Shown: positions 8,359-17,395 of the stretch, one piece after another | Numbering within the stretch: the stretch's first letter is position 1 | How the letters are laid out: every line of letters starts with the position of its first letter | Assembly: GCA_030630585.1 (NCBI GenBank) | Contig: DAOVMU010000001.1 | Location: 1 to 34,807, forward strand | Length of the DNA stretch: 34,807 nucleotides | Direction of reading: 5' to 3' | DNA from: Candidatus Bathyarchaeota archaeon | Lineage (GTDB): Archaea; Thermoproteota; Bathyarchaeia; Bathyarchaeales; Bathycorpusculaceae | Translations under genes and position numbers: made by a program | The notes under the pieces: generated by a model | Seen by the model: only the letters and a program-made list of their open reading frames with translations | Told to the model about the DNA's origin: nothing | Databases searched by the model: none

Positions 8359-9140
8359 CGGAATCGCCTCTGCAACAGGTTCGTAAGGAGACTTATCGTC
8401 AATACAATGGCTAATAATATTGTGGCTAATGCTATGCTTAAGGAGATTTCTCCACGACCAGTTTCCATAGCGATTGCAGTCGTCAAAACTCTGGTGCTTC
8501 CACGAACATTGTGACCAATCATAAAGGCGACGCCTAACTCAGCAATTGCCCTGTTAAAGCTTCCCATGACAGCCAACGCAACGCTAGAGGTTGATTCCTT
8601 CAAAACGGCAAAGGCAGCTTCAACTTCTGAAGCCCCCAAAGTTTTAGCCAAGTCTTTAATTTCAGGTTCAACAGCTTCAACAGCGCTTACTGTAAAGCTT
8701 ATCATTATAGGCGTTATGAGAATCGCTTGCCCCAGAGCGACACCTAAGGGATTAATAAAGAGGTCTAAGAATCCAAGAGGGCCAGAGCTGGAGAGCAGAA
8801 GATACAATATTAAGCCTAATGCGACAGTGGGCATTCCAAGCAGTGCATTAAATATGCTTTTGACAAAATCTTTCCCAACGAAACTTCCGAGACCAATGAT
8901 CAGTCCAGTTGGGACACTCCAGATAATCGCCAACGCTGTCGCTGTTCCTGACACGTAGATTGATCGCAGTGTTACTTCCATGATTTCAGGATCCGCTGAA
9001 ACAATTAATGTAATTGCTCCTTTCAGGCCTTCATAAAATTCTTCAACCGAAGCAATAACCAAAACTATTGCTACAATCACAAAAAAAGAAATCAGAAGAG
9101 GAATCGGTTTCAACTCGTTTCTCAGTCTCATATAGCTCAC
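8355..9140 (-). CDS. tupB: Tungstate ABC transporter permease
   Basis: 'MPTVALGL', 'FNRAIAELG....G.N....TRVLTTAI..E...G' TupB-like, hydrophobic helices. Confidence 0.88.
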   Translation of the reverse strand: MSYMRLRNELKPIPLLISFFVIVAIVLVIASVEEFYEGLKGAITLIVSADPEIMEVTLRSIYVSGTATALAIIWSVPTGLIIGLGSFVGKDFVKSIFNALLGMPTVALGLILYLLLSSSGPLGFLDLFINPLGVALGQAILITPIMISFTVSAVEAVEPEIKDLAKTLGASEVEAAFAVLKESTSSVALAVMGSFNRAIAELGVAFMIGHNVRGSTRVLTTAIAMETGRGEISLSIALATILLAIVLTISLLTNLLQRRFR

Positions 9141-9165
9141 TTTTCTCCTTTCAAGCTATTTTTGG

Positions 9166-10161
9166 TTAACCGTAAAGCTCTGGATAATCACATCTACATT
9201 TAGGTGGACATTCCGAACCGTTGAAATAAGCATAATCTCTAATCATTTGCGTTGTCGAATTTACATTGTCTCTCAGAAGCTCTACTGCAGGATAAAAAAG
9301 GGCTTGTCCATACGTTGAGAATCCGTAGTTCTGGATTATTTGTTGCCCTTCTCTTGATACTAGGAATTTTGTGAATGTAGTTGCCGCTTCAAAGTTTACA
9401 TTTCGATTCGTCGTTTTATTTGCAGCGATGGCGCTGTAAACATTGATTAATTCAGCTTCTTGGCTGACTAGAATTTTCAAATTGGGCACCGAATTCGACG
9501 TGCCTTCACTGTATGCAAGAAAAGTTCCAATATCAGTTAGAGTGTAAGCTTCCAGCTCGTTAGCGGTAATTAAAGTCTTTCCCATTCCAGAACCTGTTTC
9601 TTTGAACCAACCTTTTTCATCTCTTAGAAGCGTCCAGTTCAAACCAGCAGCAGTCCACAGAGCTTTTTCCTTGCTGTGCGTTCCTGAATTGTCTCCTCTG
9701 GAAATCCATATTGCACTGGACTTTCTTCCTGCAGAAACAATTTTGGACATGACGTCTATCACAGATAAACCTTCGATTTGAGCCGAATCATCATTAGAAC
9801 CAACAATTTGGAAAAAGTTGTACGCTATAATTTTTCTGTTAACGCCATAGTTTTCCTCGAGGAATTTCAGTTCTTGGGAGGGTGAGTGCACAAGCAACAT
9901 ATCCGCATCTCCACACCGTGCATACCGGATGGCTATGCCTGTGCCCACCGAAATGAAGCGTAGGTCAATTAGGTATTTTTCTTCAAAACGCTCTTCAATC
10001 TCGTCTAGTAAACCCGTGTCATATAGACTTGTGGTGGTTGCCACTACTAGTATTTGCTTGTTGGATGCCTGTAGATAATACCACGTTCCTGCAACTGAGG
10101 CTGTTGACACAATTACAGCCGTTATTATCACTATTCCCCACGTTCCGAGTTTTGTCTTCAT
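9166..10161 (-). CDS. tupA: Tungstate-binding protein of ABC transporter
   Basis: TTTS motif (ATTTSLYDTGLL), VGTG.A, GDAD...VH, SRGDNSGTH.KE, GSGMG; N-terminal TM anchor; SD before ATG 10161. Confidence 0.92.
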   Translation of the reverse strand: MKTKLGTWGIVIITAVIVSTASVAGTWYYLQASNKQILVVATTTSLYDTGLLDEIEERFEEKYLIDLRFISVGTGIAIRYARCGDADMLLVHSPSQELKFLEENYGVNRKIIAYNFFQIVGSNDDSAQIEGLSVIDVMSKIVSAGRKSSAIWISRGDNSGTHSKEKALWTAAGLNWTLLRDEKGWFKETGSGMGKTLITANELEAYTLTDIGTFLAYSEGTSNSVPNLKILVSQEAELINVYSAIAANKTTNRNVNFEAATTFTKFLVSREGQQIIQNYGFSTYGQALFYPAVELLRDNVNSTTQMIRDYAYFNGSECPPKCRCDYPELYG

Positions 10162-10178
10162 TTCACCAGCTCCTTCAG

Positions 10179-10202
10179 CATTATGCATGTGTGTGCATAT
10201 CG
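10179..10202. promoter_or_regulatory. Putative ModE operator downstream of the tupA TATA box
   Basis: CATTATG-N10-CATATCG palindrome; minus-strand TTTATAA at ~10224-10230. Confidence 0.65.
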
Positions 10203-10298
10203 CTTTTTTTATTAAGGATCCACCTTATAAACATTGCAAAGCAAAAAATCGCCGATTCGGTTTCCTTTCAAGCGTAACGCTTAACTAATAGGCAACAT

Positions 10299-10322
10299 CG
10301 ATATGAATAGCCGTGCATAACA
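10299..10322. promoter_or_regulatory. Putative ModE operator upstream of moaA
   Basis: CGATATG-N10-CATAACA; arms nearly identical to the reverse complement of the tupA site. Confidence 0.65.
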
Positions 10323-10336
10323 CTGGAGCCAATAGC

Positions 10337-11329
10337 ATGACCATCAAAACCAAGAAAGACGAAACGCCATCGGTCACATTACATGATAAATTCGGCAGAG
10401 CACTTAACAGCCTAAGAATTTCTGTCACCCAAAGATGCAACCTCCAATGCTTTTACTGTCACAGGGAAGGTGAAGCTGCTTCAAAAAACGAAATGACTAA
10501 GGAAGAAATCGCAAAGATTGCAAGAATGGCATGCGAGTTTGGCATGAAGAAGATAAAGCTAACAGGTGGCGAACCTCTTCTCAGGGAAGATCTTCCAGAC
10601 ATTGTCCGGGAAATCGCTGAATATGCTAACGAAGTTTCCTTGACAACCAACGGTGTGCTGTTAGAAAAATATGCCCAAACGCTTTCCAAAGCAGGGCTTA
10701 AACGGGTGAACGTAAGCCTACCATCACTTAACCCTGAACACTTCCGAAGGATCACGAAAAAAGACTGCGCCCAACAAGTGAAGGACGGCATAAAAGCAGC
10801 TGTGCAAAGTCATCTTCACCCAGTTAAGATCAATATGGTCGTGTTGAAGGGAATCAACGTTGACGAAATCCCGAAGGCTATAGATTTTGCGCAAGAAGTT
10901 GGCGCCATACTTCAACTGATCGAATTTGAACCAATTCAACCTGAAAATTACGTTCACTGGAAAACGTTCCACTATGATCTGGTCTCTACAGAAAACTGGT
11001 TGAAGGAGAAGGCTGTTTCGATTCAAGAGAATCCTCTTCATAAAAGAAGAAGATACATTTTAGAGAAAAACAGTAGTCCAGTGTGTGTAGAGATTGTCCA
11101 ACCCATGCACAATTCCACATTCTGTGAAAACTGCACTCGCCTGCGGGTCACCTCCAACGGCAAATTGAAACCGTGTCTCCTCAGAAAGAACAATCTTGTG
11201 GACATCGTCTCACTTATCAGAAAAGGTGCAAGTCCAGATGAATTAAGAGAAGCTTTTAGAAAGGCAGTCATGCTTAGGGAACCATATTGGAAAAGAAGGA
11301 ATGAAGAACTCCAGTTGGCATTTGCTTAG
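10337..11329 (+). CDS. moaA: GTP 3',8-cyclase
   Basis: LRISVTQRCNLQCFYC, LTGGEPLLR, TTNG, FCENCTRLRVT..GKLKPCL. Confidence 0.95.
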   Translation: MTIKTKKDETPSVTLHDKFGRALNSLRISVTQRCNLQCFYCHREGEAASKNEMTKEEIAKIARMACEFGMKKIKLTGGEPLLREDLPDIVREIAEYANEVSLTTNGVLLEKYAQTLSKAGLKRVNVSLPSLNPEHFRRITKKDCAQQVKDGIKAAVQSHLHPVKINMVVLKGINVDEIPKAIDFAQEVGAILQLIEFEPIQPENYVHWKTFHYDLVSTENWLKEKAVSIQENPLHKRRRYILEKNSSPVCVEIVQPMHNSTFCENCTRLRVTSNGKLKPCLLRKNNLVDIVSLIRKGASPDELREAFRKAVMLREPYWKRRNEELQLAFA

Positions 11330-11344
11330 GCAGTGGTGATAACA

Positions 11345-11743
11345 ATGTTGAAGATAACGTATGAGGATTTCTCCATAGAGGAAATTATTCAAGAAACCAA
11401 GGCTAAGGAGATCGGTGCCATCGTTTCTTTTATTGGAGTTGTTCGTGGGAAATCTAACAGCAAGGATGTTGACAAGTTCGAAATTAAACCTCCTGAAGAG
11501 ATGGCTCTTCACCAAATGAAAAAAATTCGAGCTGAAACCTTCCAAAAATTCGACGTGAAACGAATATCAATTGTCCAAAGAATTGGTTCGCTTAAGGTTT
11601 CAGAAAACATCCTGCTGATTGTTGTGGGCGCTCCACATCGTGACGAAGCATTCAAAGCATGCAGACATGTTTTAGAACAAATGAAAAAGATGGTGAAACA
11701 CTGGGAAAAAGAAATCTGCATGAGAGAAAAATCAGTGGATTAA
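11345..11743 (+). CDS. moaE: Second MoaE-like protein, divergent active-site motifs
   Basis: GAIVSFIGVVR, APHRDEAF retained; LEYEAY, HRxG and PIWKKE altered to FEIKPP, QRIG, KHWEKE. Confidence 0.78.
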   Translation: MLKITYEDFSIEEIIQETKAKEIGAIVSFIGVVRGKSNSKDVDKFEIKPPEEMALHQMKKIRAETFQKFDVKRISIVQRIGSLKVSENILLIVVGAPHRDEAFKACRHVLEQMKKMVKHWEKEICMREKSVD

Positions 11744-11753
11744 AGGTGAAAAC

Positions 11754-12227
11754 ATGACAAGGAAACATGGGGGATTACGTCAACCTTTGAAAATGGTAGA
11801 TGTATCTAACAAACCTGTAATTAAGAGAACCGCAGAAGCAGAAGGCAAGATTTGGCTGCAACCTGTAACTATTAAGAAATTACGTCGCGGACTCGTTGAG
11901 AAAGGAGATGTTTTCTCAGCAGCAACCATCGCTGGAATACTCGCTGCAAAAAAAACCCCGGAACTTATTCCCTTATGCCACTTAATTCCCTTATCTAAGG
12001 TAGACATACACTTCAGTGTTCACGAAGAATATGTCACTGCGAAATGCACAGCGATAGGAGAATGTAAAACAGGCGTCGAAATGGAAGCGCTCGTAGGTGT
12101 AAGCGCGGCGTTGTTGACCATGTGGGACATGGTAAAATCCTTGGAAAAAGACGATAAAGGACAATACCCCCGCACAAAGATAACCGAAATAAAGGTTCTC
12201 AGTAAGAAGAAGGAGACAACAACGTAA
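11754..12227 (+). CDS. moaC: Cyclic pyranopterin monophosphate synthase
   Basis: MVDVS.K, KGDV, LIPLCH, TGVEMEAL, WDMVK. Confidence 0.95.
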   Translation: MTRKHGGLRQPLKMVDVSNKPVIKRTAEAEGKIWLQPVTIKKLRRGLVEKGDVFSAATIAGILAAKKTPELIPLCHLIPLSKVDIHFSVHEEYVTAKCTAIGECKTGVEMEALVGVSAALLTMWDMVKSLEKDDKGQYPRTKITEIKVLSKKKETTT

Positions 12228-12724
12228 TGAGTGAACATGAGCTACACCAATATGTCAAGGCAAACTTTGCAGTTCTAACAATAAGCGACACACGAAACGA
12301 AAAAACTGACGAGTCAGGAAAAATCGCAAAGAGATTAATTGACAGCGAAGGACATCAAGTTCTTGCTTACAGAATCATTAAGAACGATAAGGCTTTGATT
12401 CAAACTAACATGAAGGAGACACTTCAAAATCCCAGAATCAACGTCATTGTCACAATCGGCGGCACTGGCATAAGCAAAAAAGACCTAACCATCGAATCCA
12501 TATCGGAACTATTGGATAAAAAAATCGAAGGCTTCGGAGAACTTTTCAGAAACCTAAGCTACCAAGAAATCGGCGAAGCAGCTATGATTAGCCGGGCAAC
12601 TGCAGGAACCGTCAACGGAAAACTTGTCTTCTGTCTTCCAGGATCCAAAAATGCAGTGAAACTAGCCATAAACAAATTGATACTGCCGGGACTGGGACAC
12701 ATCATCAAGGAGGCTAACCGATGA
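12227..12724 (+). CDS. moaB: Molybdopterin adenylyltransferase MoaB/MogA
   Basis: LTISDTR...DESG, GGTG, GFGELFR, SRA.AG, LPGS..AV. Confidence 0.92.
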   Translation: MSEHELHQYVKANFAVLTISDTRNEKTDESGKIAKRLIDSEGHQVLAYRIIKNDKALIQTNMKETLQNPRINVIVTIGGTGISKKDLTIESISELLDKKIEGFGELFRNLSYQEIGEAAMISRATAGTVNGKLVFCLPGSKNAVKLAINKLILPGLGHIIKEANR

Positions 12725-13938
12725 GTAAAATGACTCCGTTCAAGGAACTCGTATCTTATGAAGAAGCTTTGAAACGAATCCACAAATCTATAAAACCCAT
12801 CAATCGAACAGAATCTGTTCCCATAGAAAAAGCTCTTGATAGAGTTCTCGCACAAGAAATCATGGCAAACATGTCTGTGCCACCTTTCCATAGGGCAGCC
12901 ATGGACGGATATGCAGTCAAAGCAGAGGAAACTTTCGGAGCCTCGTCCTTCAAACCAAAAACTCTGAAGCTTACAGAAATTCTGCATGCTGGCGCATCAT
13001 CAAATGAAGTATTAGACAAAGGAGAATGTATTCAAGTTGCAACTGGCAGTCCCGTTCCCAAAGGTGCAGACGCTGTTGTCATGGTTGAATTCACCGAGAG
13101 AAGCGACAATACTGTTAGCATTTTGAAACCAGTATATCCAGGAGCAAACATTTCGCCCAAAGGAGAAGACGTTGAAGAAGGGCAGATTGTCCTTGAAATT
13201 GGAAAACAGCTTTTTCCCGCTAGAATCGGTGTATTAGCTGCTCTGGGACGAGAAGAAGCAACAGTGTACGAGAAACCGCGGATCGCAGTGGTTCCAACGG
13301 GAACTGAGATTCAAGAAGTCGGATCTCCTCTTAAGAAAGGACAGATTTACGATGTAAACTCATACACACTATCCTCCATTATAACTAAAAATGGGGCCAT
13401 TCCAGTAAAATGCAAAGCTGTTCCAGACACAGCTGACGAACTCAGAACAACCGTAAAAAAACTGATTCATCACGATATGATCGTCTTTTCAGGCGGAAGC
13501 TCCGTGGGTGAACAAGACCTCTTAGTACGTGTAGTTCAGGAGTTCGGAACCGTTCTCTTTCACGGTATCCAAGTGAAACCTGGCAAACCAACCTTATTTT
13601 CTCTAATAAGAGGAAAACCTGTCTTTGGAATGCCTGGATACCCAACATCTTGCCTGCTCAACGCTTATCTACTACTCGCTCCCGCCATCCGACAGATGGC
13701 GAGGTTACCGCCAAAAATAGAGAAAACCGTGAAAGTGAAACTTGCCAAAAGAGTTGTATCCTCCACAGGCAGAGCACAGTTTCTAACGGTGAAAATAAGA
13801 GACAATCAAGCTTATCCCGTTTTTAAACAGTCGGGAGCAATAACAAGCATGACAGAAGCTGACGGATACATAATCTTGCCAATTAACATCGATGTTGTCG
13901 AAAAAAACGAAGAAGTAACCGTGTTTTTGCTCGATTAA
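12721..13938 (+). CDS. moeA: Molybdopterin molybdo/tungstotransferase
   Basis: PPF.RAAMDGYAV, ATG..VP.GADAVVM.E, SGGSS.G, KPGKP, GMPG.P.S. Confidence 0.95.
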   Translation: MSKMTPFKELVSYEEALKRIHKSIKPINRTESVPIEKALDRVLAQEIMANMSVPPFHRAAMDGYAVKAEETFGASSFKPKTLKLTEILHAGASSNEVLDKGECIQVATGSPVPKGADAVVMVEFTERSDNTVSILKPVYPGANISPKGEDVEEGQIVLEIGKQLFPARIGVLAALGREEATVYEKPRIAVVPTGTEIQEVGSPLKKGQIYDVNSYTLSSIITKNGAIPVKCKAVPDTADELRTTVKKLIHHDMIVFSGGSSVGEQDLLVRVVQEFGTVLFHGIQVKPGKPTLFSLIRGKPVFGMPGYPTSCLLNAYLLLAPAIRQMARLPPKIEKTVKVKLAKRVVSSTGRAQFLTVKIRDNQAYPVFKQSGAITSMTEADGYIILPINIDVVEKNEEVTVFLLD

Positions 13939-13950
13939 TATGCACAGTTT

Positions 13951-14229
13951 CTATTCCGAAACCCGTGCCCTCCAACTCTCCAACCTTTTCTTAACTTCTT
14001 CTTCAAGCCTTTCCTTTGAAATGAGATGCCCCCTAACAACAACATCATCATCTATGACAATGCTTGGAGCACTCATCAGTCGATAAGCTGACCCTTCGCC
14101 TAAGCCTTCCTTCGTCGCCATATTAACAACCCTAAAAGCGACATCGTATTTTCGCGCAACCTCCAAAGCAATCATCTTAGCCACAGAACAAACCGAACAA
14201 GTAGGCAAAGTGAAAACCTTCAACTCCAA
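13951..14229 (-). CDS. Thioredoxin/glutaredoxin-like protein
   Basis: 'VFTLPTCSVC' CxxC and 'SAPSIVID' cis-Pro motif; start may be 14238. Confidence 0.8.
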   Translation of the reverse strand: MELKVFTLPTCSVCSVAKMIALEVARKYDVAFRVVNMATKEGLGEGSAYRLMSAPSIVIDDDVVVRGHLISKERLEEEVKKRLESWRARVSE

Positions 14230-14358
14230 ACAGTGCAATCCCCCTCGAAAACTATTCTTAGAGGGAATAGCTTTTAAAACCTTTCATGAAAAGCTTAACA
14301 TGCGCAAAAACGCTTAAATTGATTCGAAAGAAGCATATTAAATGGGCAGCCTAAAAAC

Positions 14359-14436
14359 GGGCCCGTAGCTCAGCTTGGTTGGAGCGACAGGCTCATAACC
14401 TGTTGGTCGAGAGTTCAAATCCCTCCGGGCCCACCA
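14359..14436 (+). tRNA. tRNA with CAU anticodon, most likely tRNA-Ile2 (agmatidine-modified); encoded CCA
   Basis: Acceptor GGGCCCG/CGGGCCC-A-CCA, D arm GCTC/GAGC, anticodon arm ACAGG-CTCATAA-CCTGT, T-loop TTCAAAT; GGGCCC acceptor is typical of archaeal Ile tRNAs rather than initiator (A1-U72) or elongator Met. Confidence 0.93.
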
Positions 14437-14443
14437 TTCACAT

Positions 14444-14923
14444 TCACTTCTCAAGCTTTGCAACCAATTCCGCTGTTCTTCTTCCTAATTCTTTGCAGTG
14501 CTCAAGGTCTCTCTCACTTGGAGAACCCACAGCTGCTGCGCCGTAATGCTTTCCATGTGAGCTGCCTTGAACAATCATGCCGTGGACCAGCATAGAGTGT
14601 AAAATGGACAGCAAAGTTGTTTCGGCACCCGTTGCTGTTCCACCTGAGCTTGTGAAGGCAGCGCCAACTTTTCCTTCAAGTTTCCCATGGATCCTAACTG
14701 ATTCATCGATGAGAACTTTAAGCTTAGCAGACATTTGCCCATAATAAGTTGGTGAACCCATTATTATTCCATCAACACTCGACAAGTCTTCAATGATAGT
14801 TTGGTCCACCTTCTTTACAGTCACCTCAACTCCGCTTACAAGGTTAACCCCTTCAGCAACGGCAAACGCCATCTTCTCTGTGTTTCCTGTTCTAGAATCG
14901 TAAACAACCAAGATTTTTGCCAT
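14444..14923 (-). CDS. Flavodoxin / WrbA-like NAD(P)H-dependent oxidoreductase
   Basis: YDSRTGNTEKMA, GSPTYYG, KVGAAFTSSGG..GAETTL. Confidence 0.88.
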   Translation of the reverse strand: MAKILVVYDSRTGNTEKMAFAVAEGVNLVSGVEVTVKKVDQTIIEDLSSVDGIIMGSPTYYGQMSAKLKVLIDESVRIHGKLEGKVGAAFTSSGGTATGAETTLLSILHSMLVHGMIVQGSSHGKHYGAAAVGSPSERDLEHCKELGRRTAELVAKLEK

Positions 14924-15067
14924 ATTCACACCAACGACAGACTAGAATTTGCCAACTTAATAATTTTGACCTTTCATGTAATATAGAAACGGTTCTGAAA
15001 CAACGGAAGTATGCTATAGAAGATTTCTCCATAAGCTATAAGTGGTTAAAACTGCATTAAGACTTTC

Positions 15068-15141
15068 ATGAGGAGAATGGTAGACGTTGATAAGGGGAGA
15101 AAGGAGAGAAGGGAGAGAAAAACTCCTACCATCCTCCTCAT
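15068..15141 (-). ncRNA. Candidate hairpin small RNA with CU-rich loop
   Basis: 16-bp inverted repeat 15068-15083/15126-15141 whose only mismatch is a G-U pair on the minus strand; pyrimidine-rich loop; minus-strand TTTAAA at 15172-15177. Confidence 0.4.
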
Positions 15142-15438
15142 ACATTCCTCATATTGCTTACCTATGTTACATTTAAACTTTTCTTTCGAATTCTGAATTC
15201 AACCCGCCAAAAGACCAGTCACCACCTATTTTCGCTTCAAAACTTTCCCTTGCAAAGACAATTTTGCATTGGTTACAACGGAATTCTTTCATAATTTCAT
15301 AAGCCGACTTTAGATTTGCATGGGCGTGCGCAAAATCGTCAAGCCTATAAATTATTGAGACAGGCTCTTAGTCCGGTGTCCTCTTCTATTACCCGGAAAT
15401 CACCAATTGTCCAAAGTCACACAACTTCCACACCGACG

Positions 15439-15470
15439 GAGATGTCTCCCCCGCAAACCTCCCCTTTTCT
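15439..15470 (+). repeat. Copy B of short dispersed element (see 523-553)
   Basis: GAGATGTCTCCCCCGCAAACCTCCCCTTTTCT. Confidence 0.4.
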
Positions 15471-15536
15471 CTAAGATGCGCATGCGCCTAAAACTTTAAG
15501 AACAAACTAGACGATGAATAGTTGGAGAGAATAAAC

Positions 15537-15848
15537 TTGGTCTACTGCTCTAAATGTGGATTCAAGAACGAGGATGATGCCGAGGTATGCAGTAAATGTG
15601 GAGCGTCTCTTCAGATATCTCGCATCGAAAGAAGACGAAGGGCGAAGCGTGTAGAAGATGAATGTTTTGGCTTGCCACACGGCGGTGCAATCGTAGGTCT
15701 CTTCATTGGCATAATAATAATACTCTGGGGCCTCACCCAACTGCCTGGACTACTGCCTGAAGAATTTAAGTTTTGGCCATGGATAATAGTCGTCTTTGGT
15801 GTATTGATTGCCGCTGGGGCTTTGTACGGCCTTACGCGCAGACAGTAA
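15537..15848 (+). CDS. Zinc-ribbon domain membrane protein
   Basis: YCSKCG..N..DA..CSKCGA zinc ribbon, 'ECFGLP' linker, two TM helices; followed by oligo-T. Confidence 0.82.
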   Translation: MVYCSKCGFKNEDDAEVCSKCGASLQISRIERRRRAKRVEDECFGLPHGGAIVGLFIGIIIILWGLTQLPGLLPEEFKFWPWIIVVFGVLIAAGALYGLTRRQ

Positions 15849-15947
15849 CCTATCCCTCTTTTTCTGCAACCACGAAAACCCGATGTGCAAATTGACCATC
15901 AACATCTTTAAAGGATGTCACCATACAACCAACGTGGGAAATTGCAC

Positions 15948-17372
15948 ATGAAAATTCTGTTTGTGGAGCCGCCAAGGGACTTTTGGTTTGTAATGGGAGA
16001 GTATCTCCCACCACCATACGGAATCATTCAGCTTGCTGCCTACCTTGAAAGAGAAGCCAAAGATGTTGAAATTGAAGTGTTGGACTGCACCCCTCAGAAC
16101 ATAGACTGGAAAGGGGTTGAAAGGAGAATTGAATCCTTCAATCCAGACATTGTGGCTGCCAGCGCATTCGCCACTTGCAATGTCTACTTGGTTCCCAGAA
16201 CCTTTGAAATCGCCAAAAAAACAAACCCTAACATACTCACAGTCACAGGAGGCCAGCATTTCACAGCAACAGCCCAAGAGAGCCTAGAAACATATCCTGA
16301 AATTGATGTTATCGTACGTGGGGAAGGTGAACAAACCCTAACAGAACTGGTCAAACAAGAAATGAAAAGGTCATCTTTTCTAAGGATAAAGGGAATCTCT
16401 TTCAGACACGATGGAAAAATCCTTCACAACTCCTCTAGACCACTGATTAAGGATTTAAACGAACTCCCCTATCCCGGTTACCATTTCGTCAAGGACCTTG
16501 TTCATAAATATCATTTCGCCGCGATGGCTGGTCGCAAAGCTCCTTATGCGTTAATTGAGGGTGCGAGAGGCTGTTCACACCGCTGTACATTTTGCACTCA
16601 GTGGCAACATTGGGGCGGAGTCTGGCGATTAAAGACACCTAAGCGAATCGCTGATGAGATAGAGTTTTGCTACAACAATTATGGAAGCAGATTCATCTGG
16701 CTAACAGACGATGATTTCGGTCCAGGCAATAGAGCAAGCATCCTCGCTGATGAACTCAATCACCGGGAAGTAGGAGACGATTTGATGTTGTTTTTACAAT
16801 GGAGATGCGATGACGTTATCAAGAACAAAGGCGTCTTGTCCAAGATGCGCAAGGCTGGCCTATACTGGGTTATGATGGGTGTGGAAAGCCCGAGGGGATC
16901 GACTCTTGAGAGTTTCAAGAAGGGTATAACCGCAGAAGAAGCAAAGAAGGCTGTTAAGTTACTGAAGGAGAATGATATTTTTGCACATGCAATGTTCGTG
17001 ATAGGTGACCGTAAAGACACAGCTGAGTCAATTGCGGATTTGAGAGTATTTGCTAACGAGTTAGATCCAGACTTTGCGATATTTACCGCTCTCACACCGT
17101 TTCCTGGAACCGAAATCTTCGAGGAAGCTAAACGTAATGGTTGGATTGAAGATTTCAATTTGTCGCATTACGACATGGCACACGCAATTATGCCGACGGA
17201 AACCTTATCAAGGAGAGAAGTGCAGGAAGAACTTTACAATTGCTATCGGAGCTTCTACGGTTCTTGGCGAAGAAGACTGGGAGGAGTATTTTCCAGTAAC
17301 AAATTAAAAAGACAGCTTTTCTGGCACATGATGAGAAAAGGCGTCGTAAGGCAATTCAAATCACTCTTTTAA
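15948..17372 (+). CDS. Cobalamin-binding radical SAM enzyme (BchE/class B-like)
   Basis: N-terminal B12 domain (PPYG...LAAYL, GGQHFT, VRGEGE), RGCSHRCTFC, GVES, LTPFPGT. Confidence 0.9.
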   Translation: MKILFVEPPRDFWFVMGEYLPPPYGIIQLAAYLEREAKDVEIEVLDCTPQNIDWKGVERRIESFNPDIVAASAFATCNVYLVPRTFEIAKKTNPNILTVTGGQHFTATAQESLETYPEIDVIVRGEGEQTLTELVKQEMKRSSFLRIKGISFRHDGKILHNSSRPLIKDLNELPYPGYHFVKDLVHKYHFAAMAGRKAPYALIEGARGCSHRCTFCTQWQHWGGVWRLKTPKRIADEIEFCYNNYGSRFIWLTDDDFGPGNRASILADELNHREVGDDLMLFLQWRCDDVIKNKGVLSKMRKAGLYWVMMGVESPRGSTLESFKKGITAEEAKKAVKLLKENDIFAHAMFVIGDRKDTAESIADLRVFANELDPDFAIFTALTPFPGTEIFEEAKRNGWIEDFNLSHYDMAHAIMPTETLSRREVQEELYNCYRSFYGSWRRRLGGVFSSNKLKRQLFWHMMRKGVVRQFKSLF

Positions 17373-17395
17373 AGCGACAAAACCGCGCACTTCGC

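Noticed and set aside
11280..11329. MoaA lacking the C-terminal GG motif
   Set aside because: Common among archaeal MoaA proteins; all Fe-S ligands are present
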